DNA from: Bacillus subtilis subsp. subtilis str. 168
GTDB lineage: Bacteria > Bacillota > Bacilli > Bacillales > Bacillaceae
Assembly: GCF_000009045.1 (NCBI RefSeq)
Contig: NC_000964.3
Location: 1,020,001-1,052,000, forward strand
Direction of reading: 5' to 3'
Length of the DNA: 32,000 bases
Below are positions 25,318 through 32,000 of the stretch, in pieces. Positions within the stretch are counted from its first letter, which is position 1; each line of letters begins with the position of its first letter. The notes beneath the pieces are model-generated. The model had not been told where the DNA came from and searched no databases. It worked only from the letters and a program-made list of their open reading frames with translations. A program made the translations under genes and the position numbers.

Positions 25318-27075
25318 ATGTTTTCAGTTTTGAAAAAGCTTGGCTGGTTTTTTAAGGCGTACTGGCTGCGCTATACGATTGCGATTGTCCTTTTATTAGC
25401 AGTCAATGTCATTGAAATGTTTCCGCCTAAGCTCTTGGGGAACGCCATAGATGATATGAAAGCAGGGGCATTTACTGCGGAAGGGCTGCTGTTTTATATC
25501 GGTATCTTTTTTGTGCTGACGGCGGCCGTGTATATCATGTCTTATTTTTGGATGCATCAGCTGTTTGGCGGAGCGAATCTGATGGAGAAAATTCTTCGTA
25601 CGAAGCTGATGGGGCATTTGCTGACTATGTCGCCGCCGTTTTATGAAAAAAACCGAACAGGCGATTTAATGGCACGAGGGACAAATGATCTTCAGGCCGT
25701 CAGTTTAACCACAGGGTTTGGCATCTTGACGTTAGTTGATTCTACGATGTTTATGATGACGATCTTTTTGACAATGGGGTTTTTGATCAGCTGGAAGCTG
25801 ACCTTTGCCGCCATTATCCCGCTTCCAGTCATGGCGATTGCAATCAGTCTATATGGAAGTAAAATTCATGAGCGGTTTACTGAGGCCCAAAACGCGTTCG
25901 GGGCGCTGAATGACAGAGTGCTGGAATCTGTTTCAGGCGTGCGGGTGATTCGCGCGTATGTTCAGGAAACAAACGATGTTCGCCGGTTTAATGAAATGAC
26001 CGCTGATGTTTATCAGAAAAATATGAAAGTGGCTTTTATTGATTCACTGTTTGAGCCGACGGTAAAACTGCTTGTCGGCGCAAGCTATCTGATTGGGCTC
26101 GGCTACGGAGCGTTTCTTGTATTCCGGAACGAGCTGACGCTTGGAGAGTTAGTGTCCTTTAACGTTTATCTCGGCATGATGATTTGGCCGATGTTTGCAA
26201 TCGGTGAACTCATTAATGTGATGCAGCGCGGCAATGCGTCATTAGATCGGGTAAATGAAACTCTTTCTTATGAAACGGATGTGACAGATCCAAAACAGCC
26301 CGCTGATCTTAAAGAGCCTGGAGATATCGTTTTCAGTCATGTCAGCTTTACATATCCAAGCTCAACAAGTGACAATCTTCAGGATATTTCATTTACGGTG
26401 CGAAAAGGGCAGACTGTCGGGATTGCAGGTAAAACCGGGAGCGGAAAAACGACAATTATTAAGCAGCTTTTGCGCCAGTATCCTCCAGGTGAAGGGAGCA
26501 TTACATTTTCAGGTGTACCGATTCAGCAAATCCCTCTTGACCGTCTCCGCGGATGGATCGGATATGTGCCTCAGGATCATTTACTGTTTTCACGGACTGT
26601 AAAAGAAAATATTTTATACGGAAAACAGGATGCAACTGATAAAGAGGTTCAGCAAGCCATTGCCGAAGCACATTTTGAAAAAGATTTGCACATGCTTCCG
26701 TCCGGTCTGGAGACAATGGTCGGTGAAAAAGGCGTGGCACTGTCAGGCGGGCAGAAACAAAGAATTTCGATCGCGAGAGCACTCATGGCGAATCCGGAAA
26801 TCTTGATTCTGGATGATTCACTTTCCGCTGTAGATGCCAAAACAGAGGCTGCAATTATCAAGAACATCAGAGAAAACCGCAAAGGAAAAACGACATTTAT
26901 TTTGACACACCGATTATCCGCGGTAGAGCACGCTGACCTGATCCTTGTGATGGACGGCGGCGTCATTGCTGAGAGAGGCACGCATCAAGAACTGCTGGCC
27001 AATAATGGGTGGTACCGGGAACAATATGAAAGACAGCAGCTGTTCACTGCGGAAGAAGGGGGAGCAGGGGCATGA
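25318..27075 (+). CDS. bmrC: Heterodimeric multidrug ABC exporter subunit BmrC (TMD-NBD half transporter)
   Basis: 585 aa, 6 TM plus NBD. Walker A GKTGSGKTT, signature LSGGQKQR, Walker B ILILDD followed by S rather than E (degenerate catalytic site). SD GAGGAG. Confidence 0.95.
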   Translation: MFSVLKKLGWFFKAYWLRYTIAIVLLLAVNVIEMFPPKLLGNAIDDMKAGAFTAEGLLFYIGIFFVLTAAVYIMSYFWMHQLFGGANLMEKILRTKLMGHLLTMSPPFYEKNRTGDLMARGTNDLQAVSLTTGFGILTLVDSTMFMMTIFLTMGFLISWKLTFAAIIPLPVMAIAISLYGSKIHERFTEAQNAFGALNDRVLESVSGVRVIRAYVQETNDVRRFNEMTADVYQKNMKVAFIDSLFEPTVKLLVGASYLIGLGYGAFLVFRNELTLGELVSFNVYLGMMIWPMFAIGELINVMQRGNASLDRVNETLSYETDVTDPKQPADLKEPGDIVFSHVSFTYPSSTSDNLQDISFTVRKGQTVGIAGKTGSGKTTIIKQLLRQYPPGEGSITFSGVPIQQIPLDRLRGWIGYVPQDHLLFSRTVKENILYGKQDATDKEVQQAIAEAHFEKDLHMLPSGLETMVGEKGVALSGGQKQRISIARALMANPEILILDDSLSAVDAKTEAAIIKNIRENRKGKTTFILTHRLSAVEHADLILVMDGGVIAERGTHQELLANNGWYREQYERQQLFTAEEGGAGA

Positions 27076-29093
27076 AAATAGGAAAAACGTTATGGAGATA
27101 CGCACTTCTTTATCGAAAATTGCTGATCACAGCCGTCCTTTTGCTAACTGTTGCCGTCGGTGCAGAACTGACTGGGCCCTTTATTGGCAAAAAAATGATA
27201 GACGACCATATCCTCGGCATTGAGAAAACATGGTATGAAGCTGCGGAAAAAGATAAAAATGCCGTTCAGTTTCACGGCGTCTCATATGTCAGAGAGGACC
27301 GATTGCAGGAGCCTGTTTCAAAAGCAAAAGAAGCGCATATTTATCAAGTGGGAATGGCGTTCTATTTTGTTGATCAGGCTGTCAGCTTCGACGGGAATAG
27401 AACGGTTTCTGACGGGAAGCTGACGATCACAAACGGAGACAAGAGCCGGGCATATGCTGCCGAAAAGCTGACTAAGCAGGAACTTTTCCAGTTCTATCAG
27501 CCGGAAATAAAGGGAATGGTGTTACTGATCTGCCTGTATGGGGGCTTGCTTGTGTTTTCGGTATTCTTTCAATACGGACAGCATTATCTGCTGCAGATGA
27601 GCGCCAATCGGATTATTCAAAAGATGAGGCAGGACGTGTTTTCGCACATACAGAAAATGCCGATTCGCTATTTTGACAACCTTCCGGCCGGAAAAGTCGT
27701 TGCGCGGATTACCAATGATACGGAGGCTATTAGGGATTTATATGTCACAGTGCTTTCAACATTTGTGACAAGCGGAATCTATATGTTCGGGATATTCACG
27801 GCTTTGTTTCTGCTTGATGTGAAGCTTGCGTTTGTATGTCTGGCAATTGTGCCGATTATCTGGCTGTGGTCGGTCATATACCGGAGATATGCGTCATATT
27901 ACAACCAAAAAATCCGCTCGATCAACAGTGACATTAACGCAAAAATGAATGAGTCAATTCAAGGCATGACCATTATTCAGGCTTTCCGCCATCAAAAGGA
28001 AACAATGAGAGAATTTGAGGAATTAAATGAATCACATTTTTATTTCCAAAACAGGATGCTGAATTTAAACTCCTTAATGTCCCATAATCTGGTCAATGTC
28101 ATCCGCAATCTTGCGTTCGTCTGTCTGATCTGGCATTTTGGCGGTGCGAGCCTGAATGCGGCGGGGATTGTTTCTATCGGTGTGCTGTACGCGTTTGTCG
28201 ATTATTTGAACCGGTTATTTCAGCCGATCACAGGCATCGTCAATCAGTTTTCAAAGCTGGAGCTTGCAAGGGTCTCCGCCGGGCGTGTTTTTGAACTGCT
28301 TGAAGAAAAGAATACGGAAGAAGCGGGTGAACCGGCGAAGGAGCGCGCGCTGGGGCGGGTTGAATTTCGTGATGTGTCATTTGCGTATCAAGAAGGTGAA
28401 GAGGTATTAAAGCATATTTCCTTTACTGCGCAAAAAGGCGAAACCGTAGCGCTCGTCGGCCATACCGGATCAGGAAAAAGCTCGATTTTGAATCTTCTGT
28501 TTCGTTTTTATGATGCGCAAAAAGGTGATGTCTTAATTGATGGAAAAAGCATTTACAACATGTCAAGACAGGAACTCAGATCCCATATGGGTATTGTGCT
28601 TCAGGACCCGTACTTATTCTCGGGCACAATCGGATCTAACGTAAGTCTGGATGACGAAAGAATGACTGAAGAAGAAATAAAAAATGCACTGCGGCAAGTC
28701 GGTGCTGAGCCTCTTCTTAAGAAGCTTCCGAAGGGCATTAATGAGCCCGTGATTGAAAAAGGCAGCACGCTATCCTCTGGAGAGCGGCAGTTAATTTCTT
28801 TCGCTAGAGCTTTGGCGTTTGATCCCGCGATCTTGATTTTAGATGAGGCAACGGCGCATATTGATACAGAGACAGAGGCCGTGATCCAGAAGGCGCTTGA
28901 TGTCGTCAAACAAGGACGCACCACCTTCGTCATCGCTCACCGGCTTTCAACAATCAGAAATGCTGATCAGATTTTGGTTCTTGATAAAGGAGAAATTGTT
29001 GAGAGAGGGAACCACGAGGAACTGATGGCATTAGAAGGCCAATATTATCAAATGTATGAACTGCAAAAGGGACAGAAACATTCCATTGCATAA
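27072..29093 (+). CDS. bmrD: Heterodimeric multidrug ABC exporter subunit BmrD (TMD-NBD half transporter with an extracellular insert)
   Basis: 673 aa. Walker A GHTGSGKSS, signature LSSGERQL, Walker B ILILDE (consensus). ATGA start/stop overlap with bmrC. Confidence 0.95.
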   Translation: MKIGKTLWRYALLYRKLLITAVLLLTVAVGAELTGPFIGKKMIDDHILGIEKTWYEAAEKDKNAVQFHGVSYVREDRLQEPVSKAKEAHIYQVGMAFYFVDQAVSFDGNRTVSDGKLTITNGDKSRAYAAEKLTKQELFQFYQPEIKGMVLLICLYGGLLVFSVFFQYGQHYLLQMSANRIIQKMRQDVFSHIQKMPIRYFDNLPAGKVVARITNDTEAIRDLYVTVLSTFVTSGIYMFGIFTALFLLDVKLAFVCLAIVPIIWLWSVIYRRYASYYNQKIRSINSDINAKMNESIQGMTIIQAFRHQKETMREFEELNESHFYFQNRMLNLNSLMSHNLVNVIRNLAFVCLIWHFGGASLNAAGIVSIGVLYAFVDYLNRLFQPITGIVNQFSKLELARVSAGRVFELLEEKNTEEAGEPAKERALGRVEFRDVSFAYQEGEEVLKHISFTAQKGETVALVGHTGSGKSSILNLLFRFYDAQKGDVLIDGKSIYNMSRQELRSHMGIVLQDPYLFSGTIGSNVSLDDERMTEEEIKNALRQVGAEPLLKKLPKGINEPVIEKGSTLSSGERQLISFARALAFDPAILILDEATAHIDTETEAVIQKALDVVKQGRTTFVIAHRLSTIRNADQILVLDKGEIVERGNHEELMALEGQYYQMYELQKGQKHSIA

Positions 29094-29098
29094 CGCTC

Positions 29099-29132
29099 AA
29101 AAACCCAAAACAATCGTGTTTTGGGTTTTTGG
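29099..29132. terminator. Terminator between convergent bmrD and yheG
   Basis: 12-bp stem AAAACCCAAAAC / GTTTTGGGTTTT, loop AATCGT, T-run on the + strand. Confidence 0.85.
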
Positions 29133-29141
29133 TTTATGTAG

Positions 29142-29762
29142 TCAATAAGCCAGTCCGACACGGTTTCCGACATACTCACCTGTAACGAGCTCACGATATA
29201 AAAAGTCCGCAGTATCGCCGACCGAAATGCTTGTGCCGCCCTCAGGCAAAACGTTACGCTCCGTACGATAAACGCCGGTTGCTGTTCCGTCCGGGAGGTA
29301 AGTGGGGCAGATGATTGTCCAGTCTAATGATGATTCTTTAAGCATTTCGTATACTTTTGCATGCTCCTTGGCTGCGCGGGTCTGCTTTCGTTTCGATTCA
29401 TTTGTTTCAAACCGGTATTTTCCCGGTTCATATCGGGAATCTAGGATCCCTGCGGTGCCGATCGTAATAAGCCGTTTGATATGCTGTTCCTCCATAACGG
29501 AGAGAATGTGTGCCATAGCAGTTGACAAGGTATCATCACCATCTGTGCCTAGACAGCTGATCACGATTTCAGCATTCTCCATTATTTTTTTCACATCTTC
29601 TAAGCGGCGGGCGTTCCCCATGACAGTTCTGTCTTTTGAAAGGGGAAGATCAGCATGTTGAGATCTGATCAGAGCGAAAATATCAAATCTTTCATCTGCT
29701 GCAGCTTGTGTTAAAAAGGCTTGTCCGACGCGGCCGCTGGCTCCTAATAAAGCGATTTTCAT
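29142..29762 (-). CDS. yheG: NAD(P)-binding Rossmann-fold protein (NmrA/flavin-reductase-like)
   Basis: 206 aa. N-terminal dinucleotide-binding motif [20 protein letters not shown]. Confidence 0.9.
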
Positions 29763-29800
29763 TAAAAAACCTCCTCGCCTTTCATTATAAAAGGATGTTC

Positions 29801-29926
29801 TCAGTTTGAACAGCGCGGGAAAGAATACCTGTACAAATAAACAGAACGATGGGAAACATATTCATGAATCATGGATACACTTACGAATTGAACCAGCTCC
29901 CAATTCACAATGGTGATGAATGACAC
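29801..29926 (-). CDS. yheF: Hypothetical 41-aa protein
   Basis: My own translation is [51 protein letters not shown] lies 7 nt upstream of the GTG. There is no family evidence. Length and position match the annotated yheF as I recall it. Confidence 0.4.
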
Positions 29927-29979
29927 CCCGATTCCCTCCCTTTTTTTCTAGGATATGTGGAGCAGGAAAAAAGGGTGAC

Positions 29980-30010
29980 AAAATAAAGAGAGCGCGGAAA
30001 CCGCGCCCTC
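29980..30010 (-). terminator. Rho-independent terminator after sspB
   Basis: Minus strand: stem GAGGGCGCGG / CCGCGCUCUC (one G-U), loop UUU, then UUUAUUUU. Confidence 0.85.
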
Positions 30011-30030
30011 TATAGCCATATATTGAATTG

Positions 30031-30234
30031 TTATTGAACTCTGCCGCCCATTTGCTGCTGAGCGAAAGATACTAAACGTTTTGTGATTTCTCCTCCGACA
30101 GAACCGTTAGCGCGAGAAGTTGTGTCCGCTCCAAGGTTAACGCCGAATTCAGAAGCGATTTCAAGTTTCATTTGATCGATAGCCTGAGCTGCGCCAGGAA
30201 CTAGTAAGTCATTTGAAGAGTTTTGGTTAGCCAT
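30031..30234 (-). CDS. sspB: Major alpha/beta-type small acid-soluble spore protein B
   Basis: 67 aa, [32 protein letters not shown]...GGEITKRLV (conserved SASP blocks). SD AAAGGAGA precedes ATG 30234. The 100-aa track ORF is an in-frame upstream extension. Confidence 0.95.
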   Translation of the reverse strand: MANQNSSNDLLVPGAAQAIDQMKLEIASEFGVNLGADTTSRANGSVGGEITKRLVSFAQQQMGGRVQ

Positions 30235-30255
30235 GTGTAAAATCTCCTTTTTATT

Positions 30256-30262
30256 TAGTATG
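30256..30262 (-). promoter_or_regulatory. Forespore (sigma-G-type) -10 element of sspB
   Basis: The minus strand reads CATACTA, which matches the sigma-G -10 consensus CATxxTA, about 22 nt upstream of the ATG. The -35 was not confidently assigned. Confidence 0.55.
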
Positions 30263-30414
30263 GTTGGGTTAACTGGAGTTGCACCAATCTGTGAACCCTT
30301 CTCGGGTGTCACTGCCGCCTCGGCGTAACCCAATGCTTTGCCGGCTTGTTACTACGTATTATGTTAAAATGGCCGGAAAATCATGCGGAGAATTGTGTGG
30401 TAAATCTTGAGAAA

Positions 30415-30444
30415 TAAAAAAAGCTTAGCCGTTTAGGCTAAGCT
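30415..30444 (-). terminator. Rho-independent terminator after yheE
   Basis: Minus strand: stem AGCTTAGCC / GGCTAAGCT, loop TAAAC, then TTTTTTT. It overlaps the yheE stop. Confidence 0.85.
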
Positions 30445-30661
30445 AGTCATAAATATGAAAAAGCATCAGTTCATGTATCTCGTTTGTAAGAGCAGGCTCG
30501 TCAGCGCGGGCGGGAAACAAGTCTCCCCATTCAATCTCACCGCTCTTATGATAGATGCCTTCATAATGGGTCCCTTTATAATAAAATGAAATTTTCCATC
30601 CGGGCAGCTTTTCTTTTGGGAACAAAGGTTTCCAGCTGAAATGAGAAATCATTACGGCCAC
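30443..30661 (-). CDS. yheE: Small conserved protein of unknown function
   Basis: The ORF lies downstream of yheD. AAGGAG lies at 30662-30667. Start is GTG 30661 (72 aa, the length I recall) or ATG 30652 (69 aa, better SD spacing). The track's 89-aa version starts upstream of the SD. Confidence 0.75.
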   Translation of the reverse strand: MAVMISHFSWKPLFPKEKLPGWKISFYYKGTHYEGIYHKSGEIEWGDLFPARADEPALTNEIHELMLFHIYD

Positions 30662-30810
30662 GCTCCTTACATTTGGTATCAATTGACCTAAATAAAAACG
30701 GCTTATGTTCATTGTATCATTGTTTCAGAACATCATTGAAGAGGCCTAAATATGCAGTTTGTCCCAGCTTTGGATAAAGATAAGCCCGCTTTATTAAAAA
30801 AGCGGACAGG

Positions 30811-32000
30811 TTACGAAGGCCACAATGCTTCCGGAGATGTGATTGCCTTCTCAGATAAATATGACGCGTATTCAAAACTTCTTCGTTTTGTAAGAGAATC
30901 AACATGATGCAAATTTGGATGAGAAAAAATGCTTCGGCCCGGGCGCGAATTCGCTTCAAACATCCATACTTTACCGTTCTGATCAATGCCAAAATCGAAA
31001 CCAATCTCCCCGATAAATCCCTCGATATGATCATGAAGGACATGGCTTGCAGTCAGTGCCGCTGCAGAAAGCTTTTTAATGACCTCAACTCTTTCAGCGG
31101 GATCATCGTATACTTCCGCAAGTGTCTTTACAGTGCCGCCGTTAGAAAGATGTGTTGTAATGCTGTTCTTTCCGGAAATTTTTACGGCGATTGCTGTCAC
31201 TGTCCATTTTCCTTTTCTGTTTTTATTGGTATGGACACGGAAATCCGCTGGTTTGCCTTGAAATTCGATGAGATCAACACCTTGCTGAATGAGAAAGTCG
31301 GACGGGTTGTGATGTTTTTGAAATTCTGCAAGGAATGAGGCGGCATCGGAATAATCAATTGATGTAAAAGTTTTGGCGTCATTCGTATGCTTTACCGTCA
31401 GGCCGCCATCTGTTCTTGTCAGCTGATAAATGCCGGTGCCGAGTGCTCCATTTGCCGGTTTGATATAGACTTTTTTGTATGCGCCACAGAGCTCATCTAT
31501 CAGCTCCACAGACGGTGTCAGCTCGGATCTAGGCAAAAAGGGTGCCGTTCTTGGATCTTTTTCGAGCAATTGATGAACGTTCCATTTATTGAAAAACGTT
31601 TTATTAAACCATGGGATCTGATATTCATCGATCAGCCTCTTTTTTGTATGTTGCAAGAGAAGTGAATCTTCAATTTTTCGGTTCGGCAAACGGTCATAAA
31701 CGACGTTCGGCAATGGAACGATTTTTTTCTCCCAGCCGTTTTCCCTGTAAAGGAGGCCTTCAATCGTGCCTTCCTCCCAATTGATTTGGTGCGCGCCAAA
31801 AACGAAGCAGTAGCCCCCGGCTTGCTCGTGTAACGTGACAAGTTTAGAAAAAAAGAGGGAACGATCCTTAAATGGGCGTTCAAGAGATACAGTAAACCCT
31901 GCCGTAAAGATGCCGACTAACGGCCCGATATGCACTGTATGATCATGAATCAGTATATCTGCCCTGCTTCGGTGGGGAAGCAAAAGCTCATGAAACAGAT
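30811..32000 (-). CDS. yheD: ATP-grasp-fold protein, YheC/YheD family (spore-coat associated); 5' end lies outside the window
   Basis: ATP-grasp blocks VYIKPANGALGTGIY and VWMFEANSRPG. The frame stays open to the window edge, so the M at 31983 is internal. The true start is beyond 32000. Confidence 0.88.
   Translation of the reverse strand, partial: LFHELLLPHRSRADILIHDHTVHIGPLVGIFTAGFTVSLERPFKDRSLFFSKLVTLHEQAGGYCFVFGAHQINWEEGTIEGLLYRENGWEKKIVPLPNVVYDRLPNRKIEDSLLLQHTKKRLIDEYQIPWFNKTFFNKWNVHQLLEKDPRTAPFLPRSELTPSVELIDELCGAYKKVYIKPANGALGTGIYQLTRTDGGLTVKHTNDAKTFTSIDYSDAASFLAEFQKHHNPSDFLIQQGVDLIEFQGKPADFRVHTNKNRKGKWTVTAIAVKISGKNSITTHLSNGGTVKTLAEVYDDPAERVEVIKKLSAAALTASHVLHDHIEGFIGEIGFDFGIDQNGKVWMFEANSRPGRSIFSHPNLHHVDSLTKRRSFEYASYLSEKAITSPEALWPS

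Noticed and set aside
29801-29880. An alternative-frame hydrophobic 26-aa ORF ([26 protein letters not shown]) on the minus strand overlapping yheF, considered as a type I toxin-like peptide.
   Set aside because: There is no SD upstream of its ATG and no identifiable antisense RNA promoter or terminator arrangement. It is also short for known B. subtilis type I toxins. The evidence is insufficient.
30717-31043. A 108-aa minus-strand ORF overlapping the yheD 3' end and the yheD-yheE spacer.
   Set aside because: It is out of frame with yheD, which has ATP-grasp motifs through to its stop at 30811. It has no SD, and its start lies inside yheD. It is not supported.
1-32000. A whole-window search for mobile elements, CRISPR repeats, tRNA/rRNA genes, long direct or inverted repeats and compositional islands.
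   Set aside because: No transposase, integrase or phage-like ORFs were found, and no regularly spaced repeats or cloverleaf-like or rRNA-like segments. Gene content and order fully match a core chromosomal segment, with no unexplained insertion.

Overview
I recognise this window as a core-chromosome segment of Bacillus subtilis (168-type), collinear from citR to yheD. The gene order is citR, citA, yhdF, bcaP(yhdG), yhdH, yhdI, yhdJ, yhdK-yhdL-sigM, yhdN, plsC, yhdP(mpfA), cueR(yhdQ), yhdR, yhdT, yhdU/yhdV (crcB pair), yhdW, yhdX, yhdY, srtN(yhdZ), yheN, dat, nhaC, nhaX, bmrB-bmrC-bmrD (yheJIH), yheG, yheF, sspB, yheE and yheD (truncated at the window end). I support 34 CDS. Several start codons are corrected relative to the ORF track, using Shine-Dalgarno (SD) placement and protein lengths recalled from memory. 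Most gene boundaries carry clear rho-independent, often bidirectional, terminators. I also found sigma-B-type promoters (yhdF, yhdN, nhaX), the autoregulated sigma-M promoter of sigM, a forespore-type -10 for sspB, and the bmrB attenuator leader. I see no rRNA, tRNA, CRISPR array, IS/transposase, integrase, prophage remnant or obvious defence island, and no gene is left over relative to the known order. So I do not claim a novel multi-gene system here. The most check-worthy signal is a shared leader architecture in front of the two paralogous CNNM/CorC-type genes yhdP and yhdT. In both, a strong AGGAGGTG lies 35-38 nt upstream of the start codon, and an 11-bp hairpin of different sequence separates them. 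Folding of that hairpin leaves exactly 9 unpaired nt between GGAGG and the start in both genes. Lesser items are: a Cys-less 'CueR' apparently co-transcribed with yhdP; competing leader ORFs in the bmrB attenuator; a small ORF in the bcaP leader; operator-like repeats between yhdI and yhdJ; a crcB pair without a fluoride riboswitch; and the yheD/yheE ATP-grasp module. All promoter and structure calls were made by eye and no folding energies or database searches were run.
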